DNA of 32,000 nt from contig NZ_CP019633.1 of the NCBI RefSeq assembly GCF_001997385.1, forward strand, positions 630,001 through 662,000. The letters are read 5' to 3'. The stretch is from Sedimentisphaera cyanobacteriorum. Its GTDB lineage: Bacteria; Planctomycetota; Phycisphaerae; Sedimentisphaerales; Sedimentisphaeraceae. Position numbers and translations under genes: made by a program. Shown one piece after another: positions 8,264-16,341 of the stretch. Each line of letters starts with the position of its first letter. Positions within the stretch are counted from its first letter, which is position 1. The notes under the pieces are model-generated. The model saw only the letters and a list, made by a program, of their open reading frames with translations. It was not told where the DNA came from and searched no databases.

Positions 8264-9193
8264 ATGAATATAGCAGATAAGATAAACAAACTCAGGCAAG
8301 AAAAAAATGCCGTTATACTTGCGCATAACTATGTTCAGCCTGAAGTTCAGCAAATTTCCGATTACAGCGGGGATTCTTTGGGTTTGAGCCGTAAGGCGGC
8401 TGATACTCAAGCGGATATTATTCTTTTCTGCGGCGTGCATTTTATGGCGGAAACCGCAAGCATCCTTTCGCCCCAGAAAAAAGTTTTAATACCAGACCCT
8501 TCAGCGGGCTGCCCAATGGCAGATATGGTTACAGCATCACAGCTTGAGGATTTCCAAAAGCAGCACCCGAATTCATTAACCGTTACTTATGTAAACAGCA
8601 GTGCGGAGGTGAAAGCCCTCAGCGATTACTGCTGCACAAGCGGGAATGCTGTGGAGCTGGTGAGCAATCTGCCTGAGGATAAAGAGATTCTTTTCGTTCC
8701 AGACAGAAATCTCGGTGCCTATGTCCGTGAGCAAACCGGCCGCAAAATCATCACATGGGACGGCTGCTGCCCTCCTCATGAGGATATGACAAGCGAAATA
8801 ATCAAAGACCGCAAACAGCAGTACCCCGAGGCGGTGGTAATGGCGCATCCGGAATGCCCGGAGGATACGCGTGAGCTGGCTGATAAGCTGCTCAGTACCG
8901 CTCAGATGATTCAGTATGCCTCTGAAAGCACTGCAGCTCAGTTTATAGTGGCAACAGAGCCCGGGATAATCTATGCTCTTTCAGAGAAATGCCCTGATAA
9001 AGAGTTTATTCAGGCAAGCCCGAGGATTTGTTTTGATATGAAGAAGATAACTCTTCCAGCGGTTCTTCGAAGCCTTGAGAATGAACAGTTCGAGGTGAGC
9101 GTCCCGGAGAGTACTGCTTCCAAAGCGCGAAAGGCCTTGGAGCGAATGCTTTCTGTTTTGCCGGCGGCAAGCAAAAATACAGCCCAAAGATAA
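8264..9193 (+). CDS. nadA: Quinolinate synthase
   Basis: 309 aa. Motifs ILAHNYVQPEVQ, GDSLGLS, ILFCGVHFMAETA, VTYVNSSAEVKA, MAHPEC. Confidence 0.92.
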   Translation: MNIADKINKLRQEKNAVILAHNYVQPEVQQISDYSGDSLGLSRKAADTQADIILFCGVHFMAETASILSPQKKVLIPDPSAGCPMADMVTASQLEDFQKQHPNSLTVTYVNSSAEVKALSDYCCTSGNAVELVSNLPEDKEILFVPDRNLGAYVREQTGRKIITWDGCCPPHEDMTSEIIKDRKQQYPEAVVMAHPECPEDTRELADKLLSTAQMIQYASESTAAQFIVATEPGIIYALSEKCPDKEFIQASPRICFDMKKITLPAVLRSLENEQFEVSVPESTASKARKALERMLSVLPAASKNTAQR

Positions 9194-9297
9194 ATCGGCG
9201 TAGAATTTCAAGCTTTTCATCTTGGAATGAATATCGTATTTGTGAATTAAAACTGAAAAAGTTTATTATGTTTCAAAAATTAATTTCGGAGTGTAAT

Positions 9298-10284
9298 ATG
9301 ATAACAAATTTAAGAGTTTTTGCTCTGATCTCAGCTTTTGTATTTACTGCTTACCCAGCAGCCAATTCGGCAGTTGCAGGTGACGCCAAAATAAAAGTTG
9401 AGAATCCTGTTAAAGATTTTGGTAAAGTAAGTCCTCATGAAGTCTTTAATTTTAGTTACAAGTTCAAAAATACAGGTTCGGGCAAGCTGAAAATAAACCG
9501 TGTTCAAAGCACCTGCGGCTGCACCGTCCCTGAGCTGAACAAAAAGGAATACGCACCGGGCGAGGAAGGCGAGATAAAGGTACGCTATACTTCCTCTCAA
9601 AGAGAAGGTGCTGTTACCAAGCACCTTTACATCCATTCAAACGATGAATCAAATCCGCGGTATCAGTTAAAGATCAAATCTAATACCGTACTGAAGATAA
9701 GTGTAAACCCTAAGCGGCTTGAGCTTTCGCTTGTAGAAGATAATGCAGGCTTTGATTTTATAAAAGTTCACAGCAAAGACGACAAAGCGTTTAAGATAAC
9801 GGGAATTAAATGCAGAAACAGCGCATTTAAATTCAACTACAGCAAAGATGCGGCCAAGAAACATATGATAACGGCTGATGTGGATTCAAAAGTTTTAGAG
9901 GACAGTCTCAACGGCCTGATTAGTATACAAACAGACCATCCTGAGTGCGGCGTAGTTTCCACAACTTTCCAGACCCTCCCGCTTTATTCAGCCTCGCCTG
10001 CGAGGATCATTGTGCAGGATGCAACGCCCGGACAGGTAACCAATAGAGAAGTATGGATCAAGAGCAACTACGGCAATAGCGTAGAGATAGCAGAAGCCGA
10101 CAGCAAAAACGGCTATATGTCTTGCGAGAAAAAGCAGGCAAGAGATTCTATGACCAAGCTTATGGTGAAGATCGAAGCTCCCGAGGAGAAGGGCGGGTCA
10201 AGATACTTCACCGACGAATTAAAACTCAAAATCAATGGTGAACATACCCTTGATGTAAAGTGCAGCGGGTGGTTCAGAAGATAA
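9298..10284 (+). CDS. Secreted DUF1573 domain protein
   Basis: Signal peptide MITNLRVFALISAFVFTAYPAANSA. DUF1573 core FGKV...FKFKNTGSGKLKINRVQSTCGCT. Start 9298 is preferred: GGAG at 9287-9290, and the upstream ATG at 9268 sits inside a candidate -10 TATTAT (9264-9269). Confidence 0.8.
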   Translation: MITNLRVFALISAFVFTAYPAANSAVAGDAKIKVENPVKDFGKVSPHEVFNFSYKFKNTGSGKLKINRVQSTCGCTVPELNKKEYAPGEEGEIKVRYTSSQREGAVTKHLYIHSNDESNPRYQLKIKSNTVLKISVNPKRLELSLVEDNAGFDFIKVHSKDDKAFKITGIKCRNSAFKFNYSKDAAKKHMITADVDSKVLEDSLNGLISIQTDHPECGVVSTTFQTLPLYSASPARIIVQDATPGQVTNREVWIKSNYGNSVEIAEADSKNGYMSCEKKQARDSMTKLMVKIEAPEEKGGSRYFTDELKLKINGEHTLDVKCSGWFRR

Positions 10285-10307
10285 AAGCTTTTCATTATCA
10301 CAAATCA

Positions 10308-10340
10308 AAAAGCCGCAGAACTTAAGTCCCTGCGGCTTTT
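10308..10340. terminator. Bidirectional rho-independent terminator between the convergent DUF1573 gene and leuC
   Basis: AAAAGCCGCAG (10308-10318) pairs with CTGCGGCTTTT (10330-10340) around an 11-nt loop. It has T-rich runs on both strands. Confidence 0.75.
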
Positions 10341-10368
10341 AACTTTTGATTTTACGGCTCTTAGGCTC

Positions 10369-11640
10369 TTATAGATGTTTTCTCGGGTCGATCAGTTTGC
10401 CCTCTACAGCACTTGCGGCTGCTGTTGCAGGGCTTGCCAGATAAACCTCGCTTTTTGGATGTCCCATCCTGCCCACAAAATTGCGGTTCGTTGTGCTGAT
10501 GCACTTTTCGCCTTCAGCAAGAATGCCCATAAATCCGCCAAGACATGCCCCGCAGGTCGGCGCCGCTACCACGCAGTCCGATTCGTAGAAAATATCAAGC
10601 AGTCCTTCATCATTGGCCTGCTTCCAGATTGAAGGTGTAGCGGGTACTACGATTGTTCTGCTCTTAACTTTTCTGCCCTTGAGGAATTTCGCTGCTATGC
10701 GGAGGTCTTCAATTCGTCCGTTGGTGCAGCTGCCGATATACGCCTGATCCATCGGAATCCCTTCTCTTCCGCTTACAGGTTCGCCGTTGCTTGGAAGATT
10801 AGGCATTGCCACCATCGGTTCAAGCTCTGAGCAGTTGAATTCCTCCAAGCTTGAGTACTTTGCGTCTGAATCCGATTCGAATACCTGATATCCTTTTTTC
10901 TCTTCAGGCAGTACTCTGTCAAGATATTCGCGTGCAGTGTCATCTACTCCGATAATTCCGCTTTTTCCGCCGGCCTCAATAGCCATATTGGTGATTGTCA
11001 TTCTTGCTTCCATGCTGAGCGAGCTAATCGCGCTTCCGGCAAATTCCATTGCCTTGTAAAGTGCGCCGTCTGTGCCGATTCGGGTTATTATTGCGATGAT
11101 CATATCTTTGCTGTAAACGCATTCGCCAAGCTGCCCGTTCATTACAAACTTGATGCTCTCAGGCACTTTGAACCACAGCTCACCCGTTGCAAGCACTGCT
11201 GCAAGGTCGGTTGAACCGATGCCTGCGCTGAATGCTCCGAAGGCGCCGTATGTGCAGGTATGCGAATCACCGCCTACAATAATCTCACCCGGGCGGATAT
11301 GTCCCTTTTCAGGGAGAAGAGCATGGCAAACGCCCGCTCTGCCCACAGGGTAGTAGTTTGTTATTTCGTTGCGTCTTGCCCATGAGTCGAGTCTTTTTAG
11401 CAGCTCGGCGCTTTTAATATCTTTTGCAGGCTGAAAGTGGTCCGGCGTAACTACGATTTTCTCTTTATCAAATACGCCTGTGATGCCTCTTTCTTCAAGC
11501 ATTGTAATAGCCGGAGGCGTGGTTACATCGTGGCACATAGCTACATCGATCCCGGCATTAACTATATCCCCAGCTTTTACCGTTTCTTTGCCGGCTCCTC
11601 TGGCTAATATCTTTTCGGTGATTGTCATACCCTGCTTCAT
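10369..11640 (-). CDS. leuC: 3-isopropylmalate dehydratase large subunit (aconitase-fold, short archaeal-type form)
   Basis: Motifs [35 protein letters not shown]. Lies directly downstream of leuA. Start is ambiguous (ATG at 11646, 11640 or 11628); AGGAA spacing favours 11640. Confidence 0.85.
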   Translation of the reverse strand: MKQGMTITEKILARGAGKETVKAGDIVNAGIDVAMCHDVTTPPAITMLEERGITGVFDKEKIVVTPDHFQPAKDIKSAELLKRLDSWARRNEITNYYPVGRAGVCHALLPEKGHIRPGEIIVGGDSHTCTYGAFGAFSAGIGSTDLAAVLATGELWFKVPESIKFVMNGQLGECVYSKDMIIAIITRIGTDGALYKAMEFAGSAISSLSMEARMTITNMAIEAGGKSGIIGVDDTAREYLDRVLPEEKKGYQVFESDSDAKYSSLEEFNCSELEPMVAMPNLPSNGEPVSGREGIPMDQAYIGSCTNGRIEDLRIAAKFLKGRKVKSRTIVVPATPSIWKQANDEGLLDIFYESDCVVAAPTCGACLGGFMGILAEGEKCISTTNRNFVGRMGHPKSEVYLASPATAAASAVEGKLIDPRKHL

Positions 11641-11661
11641 AATCATTTCCTGCTGTTAGAG

Positions 11662-13212
11662 TTAAATCGAACTTTCTTTCATTTCGGTTATTTTCTGCCT
11701 GCGCACCAGGCGGTTGATCGCATCAACATACGCCTTTGCGCTTGCTTCGATGATATCTGTCGAAGCTCCGCGGCCGATAATCCGTTTTCCGTCATCGTCG
11801 AGGATCTCTACAGTAGCCTCTCCGAGGGCATCTTTACCGCCGGTAACCGCACGGATTGAATAGCTTTCAAGCTCCGGGCTTATATTTGTTGCTAAGCGAA
11901 CAGCCTGATAGGCCGCATCTACCGGGCCGTCCCCGTGTGCCGCAGCAACCAGAGACTTGCCGTTATGGATTATCCTGACGCTGGCAGTCGGTATTGTACT
12001 GGAACTTGAACCCGATGCAACCTGAAGATGGTCGAGTTTGAATATCTGCTCTTCTTTTCGTATGTCATCGCTGATAATCGCAGCTATATCTTCATCAAAC
12101 ACTTCCTTCTTCTTATCAGCGAGCTGGCAGAATTTATCGAAAGCATTTTTGAGCTCTGCCTCAGAGAGTTTGTAGCCCATTTCCTCGCATCTCTTTTTGA
12201 AGCCTGCCTTGCCGCTGTGCCTGCCGAGTACCATACGATTGCCTTCCAGCCCGATTGTTTCGGGAGTCATAATTTCGTATGTCTCGCGGTTTTTCAGGAT
12301 TCCGTGAACGTGTATCCCGCTTTCATGTGCAAAGGCATTCGAACCAACGATCGCCTTATTCGGAGCAACAGCAAATCCTGTGAGCCTGCTTACCAGCTTG
12401 CTTGCCTTAGCAATCTCTGTGGTTTTAATGTCGGTTTCTATCCCCTCGAAAAAGTCGCTTCGGGTTTTAACTGCGAGCACTATCTCTTCCATAGCAGCGT
12501 TGCCTGCCCTTTCTCCAATGCCGTTGATCGTACATTCAACCTGTCTTGCGCCGTTTTTAACGCCAGCAAGACTGTTTGCCGCTGCCATTCCGAGGTCGTT
12601 ATGGCAATGCGTGCTGAGCACGGCTTTATCTATATTGGGAACTTTCTCTCTAAGCGTTGCGATTATATTCCCGTATTCCTCCGGCAGAACATATCCCACT
12701 GTATCGGGGATGTTAACCGTAGTTGCTCCGGCCTCTATCACTGCCTGCACAATCTCCACGAGGAAATCCATATCGCTCCGGCAGCCGTCTTCAGGCGAAA
12801 ACTCCACCTCGTCAGCAGCCGTTTTGGCATGCGAAACCGCCTCAACAGCCATTTTCATCACCTCATCCGGCGTTTTCCCGAGTTTGTATTCCATGTGGAT
12901 AGGGGAGGTTGCTATAAATGTATGGATGCGTTTTCTCTTAGCGTCCTTGAGGGCCTCGCCGGCTTTGTCTATGTCAGATTTGTTCGCCCTTGCCAGTCCG
13001 GCTATTGTGGGATAGCTCAGTTCACGCGAGATCATCTCTGTGGCCTCGAACTGTGCCTGCGAGGAAACAGGAAAACCTGCTTCGATTATATCAATCTTCA
13101 GGGCATCGAGCTGATGTGCAACCTGAAGCTTGTCTTGTATTCCCATAGCTGCTCCCGGTGCCTGCTCGCCGTCGCGGAGTGTTGTGTCAAATATGTAAAT
13201 CTTGTCTTTCAT
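11662..13212 (-). CDS. leuA: 2-isopropylmalate synthase (with C-terminal regulatory domain)
   Basis: 516 aa. Motifs IFDTTLRDGEQAPG, HCHNDLGMAAANSLAG, HESGIHVHG. The C-terminal LeuA dimer/regulatory region is present. Confidence 0.93.
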   Translation of the reverse strand: MKDKIYIFDTTLRDGEQAPGAAMGIQDKLQVAHQLDALKIDIIEAGFPVSSQAQFEATEMISRELSYPTIAGLARANKSDIDKAGEALKDAKRKRIHTFIATSPIHMEYKLGKTPDEVMKMAVEAVSHAKTAADEVEFSPEDGCRSDMDFLVEIVQAVIEAGATTVNIPDTVGYVLPEEYGNIIATLREKVPNIDKAVLSTHCHNDLGMAAANSLAGVKNGARQVECTINGIGERAGNAAMEEIVLAVKTRSDFFEGIETDIKTTEIAKASKLVSRLTGFAVAPNKAIVGSNAFAHESGIHVHGILKNRETYEIMTPETIGLEGNRMVLGRHSGKAGFKKRCEEMGYKLSEAELKNAFDKFCQLADKKKEVFDEDIAAIISDDIRKEEQIFKLDHLQVASGSSSSTIPTASVRIIHNGKSLVAAAHGDGPVDAAYQAVRLATNISPELESYSIRAVTGGKDALGEATVEILDDDGKRIIGRGASTDIIEASAKAYVDAINRLVRRQKITEMKESSI

Positions 13213-13321
13213 TTTACTACCTGTTTTTCAAGCGTTTAGAAAATTATGATACAGTAAATTCTGTAATCTTAGATTATAACGTGTTGAGAAAATTAACGGT
13301 CTGTTTACGGTATGTGTGTTT

Positions 13322-13345
13322 AAATATTAAGCGCCCTACAGGCGC
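13322..13345 (-). terminator. GC hairpin plus U-rich tract: either an attenuator of the candidate leu leader or the terminator of the S8 peptidase gene
   Basis: - strand GCGCC-UGUAG-GGCGC (13345-13331) followed by UUAAUAUUU (13330-13322). A second hairpin, CUGCUGA-CACCC-UCAGCAG, lies at 13376-13358. Confidence 0.35.
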
Positions 13346-13410
13346 AGTAGGAGTAGGCTGCTGAGGGTGTCAGCAGAAAATATTATTGATATGTTAGAAA
13401 AATTTTTCAT
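13336..13410 (-). CDS. Candidate leucine-rich leader peptide (24 aa, MKNFSNISIIFSADTLSSLLLLRL) upstream of leuA. Speculative.
   Basis: Read by hand from the - strand. ATG at 13410. Four consecutive Leu codons CUA CUC CUA CUG at 13356-13345 and two more nearby. UAG at 13338-13336 lies in the loop of a GC hairpin. No SD, but the ATG is 9 nt after a candidate -10, so the mRNA would be near-leaderless. Confidence 0.3.
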   Translation of the reverse strand: MKNFSNISIIFSADTLSSLLLLRL

Positions 13411-13419
13411 AACGAAGGC

Positions 13420-13447
13420 ATTTTAGCATCAGCAGATCAAATTTCAA
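13420..13447 (-). promoter_or_regulatory. Candidate sigma70-type promoter: TTGAAA-N16-TAAAAT
   Basis: - strand -35 at 13447-13442 and -10 at 13425-13420. It lies 9 nt upstream of the ATG of the Leu-rich mini-ORF. Confidence 0.35.
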
Positions 13448-13489
13448 ATGAAAAATTATTTTTATTCCAAATTTAAGAATATATTGTGA

Positions 13490-14902
13490 TTAAAACTGCC
13501 AGTTTGAGCTTATCACTGAAAAATCTATATAATCAACAATCCCGTTCATATCGAAATCGGCAGAAGGTGAATTTGTGAGCCAGTAATCTGCGAAAACAAA
13601 TATATCCTCTTGGTTTATTTCCAAATCTCCTGTAAGATCTGCAATAACTGAAAAACTGACCGCTGCTGAAGCGTTCAAAAGCCCCGCACCGTATTCAGGA
13701 TCTTTGCCTGAAGTCCCGAGGTCTTTTGCTGTGGATTCAACAGCTAACCTTATTTTATCAGGATTTGAAATGCCGTTTGAGTTTAGCAGGCCCGCAACTC
13801 CAGCAACGCAAGGGGCAGCCATTGATGTGCCTTGATAGAAATAATACTGAAACTCTGTGAAATCAAAATTGCTGAATGTCTGCTGAAGGATACCGTCGGC
13901 AAAACCGTCGCCATTCTGATCAACAGCGAGATCGCCTCCCGGTGCAGCAATATCAACATAACTGCCTGTATTTGAATAATTTGCTCTCATCTCATCATAA
14001 CGCACCGCACCTACAGCAATACAGTAATCATCGTATGCCGCAGGGTAAATCACGGGGTTGCCGTCATTGTATTCGTTGCCCGCTGCGCAGACAATCGTCG
14101 CTCCCATCTGGTAGGCATATTCGCAAGCCTGTTTGAGAGCGGTGGAGTTTCCTGGGCTGCCTAAGCTCATATTTATAACATCAGCACCGTTCATTGCTGC
14201 GTAAATAATCCCGTCTGCCACATCCAAAACGCTTCCGCCGTTCTCTGCTCCAAGGCTTTTTACAGGCATAATCGAGCAGTTATAAGCGATGCCCGCTACT
14301 CCAAGGCCGTTATTTGTGCTTTGCGCTATAGTTCCGGCAACATGCGTTCCGTGGCCATTGTCATCATTAGGGTGAAAGTCATCGTTCACAAAATCGTACC
14401 CTTGGACGAACTGAGTATCTGCTAAATCCGGTGCCTGAGCGTAAATATCATAATCTTCGTAAGCTATTCCCGTATCTATTACAGCTATGATGGTTTCAGG
14501 ATTGCCTGTCTGGATTTCCCAAGCACTTTCAATTTGAATGCTTCCGCTGTTGGCACCGTCAAAATGCCACTGGTAGCTGTAGAATGAATCGTTAGGAACA
14601 AAGAAGCCTCTCACGTTGTAGTCTTTTTCAGCATATTCAACCATTTGCGAATGTTTAGAAAACTCCGCGGTCATTTGTTCAGGTTCGCAGTCTTTCGGTA
14701 AACAAACCCTCATGCAATCTGAGTATTCGCTGTGAGACTCCATTATGCAGCCTAAAGAATCTATAAGACCCAAACGCTCTGAATGCTTGATATGCTGATG
14801 GAATTTTACAAGTATATGCTCACCGCTGTATTCACAAAAAAAGGAGCTGGAATACACATACGCCGCAGCGATGAATACTGTCATAAGTATTTTTCTTGCC
14901 AA
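13490..14902 (-). CDS. Secreted S8 (subtilisin-like) serine peptidase with C-terminal dockerin-like Ca-binding repeats
   Basis: Catalytic triad motifs VIDTGI (Asp), HGTHVAGTI (His), GTSMAAPCVAG (Ser). C-terminal DLTGDLEINQEDIFVFADYWL and DFDMNGIVDYIDFSVISSNW. Start is uncertain: I favour TTG at 14902 (MARKILMTVFIAAA..., AAGGTG 6 nt upstream). Alternatives are 14986 (TTG), 14911 (GTG) and 14884 (ATG). Confidence 0.85.
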   Translation of the reverse strand: MARKILMTVFIAAAYVYSSSFFCEYSGEHILVKFHQHIKHSERLGLIDSLGCIMESHSEYSDCMRVCLPKDCEPEQMTAEFSKHSQMVEYAEKDYNVRGFFVPNDSFYSYQWHFDGANSGSIQIESAWEIQTGNPETIIAVIDTGIAYEDYDIYAQAPDLADTQFVQGYDFVNDDFHPNDDNGHGTHVAGTIAQSTNNGLGVAGIAYNCSIMPVKSLGAENGGSVLDVADGIIYAAMNGADVINMSLGSPGNSTALKQACEYAYQMGATIVCAAGNEYNDGNPVIYPAAYDDYCIAVGAVRYDEMRANYSNTGSYVDIAAPGGDLAVDQNGDGFADGILQQTFSNFDFTEFQYYFYQGTSMAAPCVAGVAGLLNSNGISNPDKIRLAVESTAKDLGTSGKDPEYGAGLLNASAAVSFSVIADLTGDLEINQEDIFVFADYWLTNSPSADFDMNGIVDYIDFSVISSNWQF

Positions 14903-15040
14903 AAAAAACACCTTTTTCTTAAAAAATACATTTATGTTTAATTTGAAAAAACCAAAATACGATATATTCTGGGCAAATTTTTTCAATCAAAGACAGTTTA
15001 ACATATATTCCCAAATTTCACAGCCCGAAATTCAAAAATT

Positions 15041-16138
15041 TTATTTAACCGGAACAATTTCTTCCTCAATGAGTTTGAGCTTTGCCATCCCAACATTTGC
15101 GAATTCGCTGCTGGTGTAGGCGGTATGGAAAACGGTGTATATCCCGTCTCCTTCAGGGATAAGGCATAACGGGGTTCTCATAGCGCTCCACCATTTCTTT
15201 CCGTGTTTCTCCAGCGGAAGCTTCACGGCTCTGGACCAGTGGAGCCCGTCATCAGAAACTGAATACTTGAAGCCTCCGCCTCCCCCATCAACCATTGCGA
15301 CGTATCTGCCGTCTTTGAGCCTTGTAACTACCGGATTCTCCGCAAAGTGCGGGTCCAGTTTGATTGGGTTTCTCTCGCTCATACGTTTCCAAGGCCCTTT
15401 AAGGCTGTCTGCTTTTGCAAGCCCCACGCACCATTTAGGGTAGTCCATATTTCTCTCTGCCTGAGTCTGCGCGCTTCCGTAAAAAGCATACCACGTATCG
15501 CCGATTTTATAGGGGAAAAATGAATCGGTGCCCTGAAGCCCTTCCCATGGGCCGGAATTCTCATCGGGCTGCAGGATTATGCCAATGTCTTCATAAGGCC
15601 CGTCGATTCCGCTTCTTCCCTTCTTTTGAGATTTAGCGAGCCATATCTTCCCCTCGTGATTGAGGTACCAGCCAGTTTCGTCGTTAGGTTTTGCCCTGTA
15701 CGCAACATAAACCAGATACCAGCGATTTTCGCTTTTTTCGAATACAGGCATTGGTCCCCAAAGTGCTGCACGGGGGTCTTTCCCTTCGAATTCCCCGCTC
15801 GATTCATACAGCGTTGAAACTCTTTCCCAGCTTATTCCGTCTCTGCTTTTCCAGTGTGCAAGACGCATCTTAACAATCTTGGGCTCGCCGGCTCTTTCAG
15901 CTGTTATGAGATGATATTCCTTGCCTATCCTCACAACTCTCCCGCCTTCGAAGCCGTATTTATTGTCTTCGGTGCCCGGGTCTCCTTTTTCGATAACCAC
16001 TCTGCTTCCTTGGCTTACAATCTTGAATATCTTTCGTTTAGGCAGCTGAGTAAGATTCGCCTTCGATGCAAGCCCGCATACGCATATAGGGGCAAATATA
16101 ACGGCCAGAATAATAATTTTTGTACATTTGTATTTCAT
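15041..16138 (-). CDS. Secreted hypothetical protein, glycoside-hydrolase-like beta-propeller fold (GH32/43/130-clan-like). Function unassigned.
   Basis: Signal peptide MKYKCTKIIILAVIFAPICVCG. Repeated blade motifs (WKSRDGISWERV, SVSDDGLHWSRA, WYLVYVAY, DTWYAFYG). SD AGGAG 9 nt upstream. The fold call rests on motif resemblance only. Confidence 0.7.
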   Translation of the reverse strand: MKYKCTKIIILAVIFAPICVCGLASKANLTQLPKRKIFKIVSQGSRVVIEKGDPGTEDNKYGFEGGRVVRIGKEYHLITAERAGEPKIVKMRLAHWKSRDGISWERVSTLYESSGEFEGKDPRAALWGPMPVFEKSENRWYLVYVAYRAKPNDETGWYLNHEGKIWLAKSQKKGRSGIDGPYEDIGIILQPDENSGPWEGLQGTDSFFPYKIGDTWYAFYGSAQTQAERNMDYPKWCVGLAKADSLKGPWKRMSERNPIKLDPHFAENPVVTRLKDGRYVAMVDGGGGGFKYSVSDDGLHWSRAVKLPLEKHGKKWWSAMRTPLCLIPEGDGIYTVFHTAYTSSEFANVGMAKLKLIEEEIVPVK

Positions 16139-16277
16139 TGCAGATATCTCCTATTGAATTTCATAATCCTTTTAAGTTTAATGTTATGAGGAAGTAAAAT
16201 TTTTCGAAAAAATCAAATAAAACGCAAGAATATTCCGTTAATATTAACCTTCTTAAGCCATAGCCCTGATGTAGCAT

Positions 16278-16308
16278 AAAAAAAAGCCCCGAGCAGTTTG
16301 CCCGAGGC
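16278..16308 (-). terminator. Rho-independent terminator of the DUF1015/aminotransferase unit
   Basis: - strand RNA GCCUCGGG-CAAACUG-CUCGGGGC (8 bp including two G-U pairs) followed by U8 (A8 at 16278-16285 on +). Pairing is poorer on the + strand, so it is strand-specific. Confidence 0.6.
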
Positions 16309-16341
16309 TTTGATAAACTTAAAAGGGGTTTTCGCTTTGCC

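Noticed and set aside
9268-9297. Upstream ATG for the DUF1573 gene.
   Set aside because: It has no SD and sits within a candidate -10 (TATTAT). The ATG at 9298 has GGAG at proper spacing and begins a standard signal peptide.
12028-13239. 403-aa ORF on the + strand antisense to leuA. A nested 211-aa ORF lies at 12380-13015.
   Set aside because: It lies entirely opposite a gene with unmistakable LeuA motifs. The translation is Cys/Phe/His/Leu-rich with no recognisable motifs, and there is no SD. This is the typical shadow ORF of a codon-biased gene.
16200-16248. 12-bp palindromes TTTTTCGAAAAA (16200-16211) and GTTAATATTAAC (16237-16248) upstream of the beta-propeller gene.
   Set aside because: These are low-complexity AT palindromes with no recurrence elsewhere in the window and no associated regulator. 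The evidence is insufficient.
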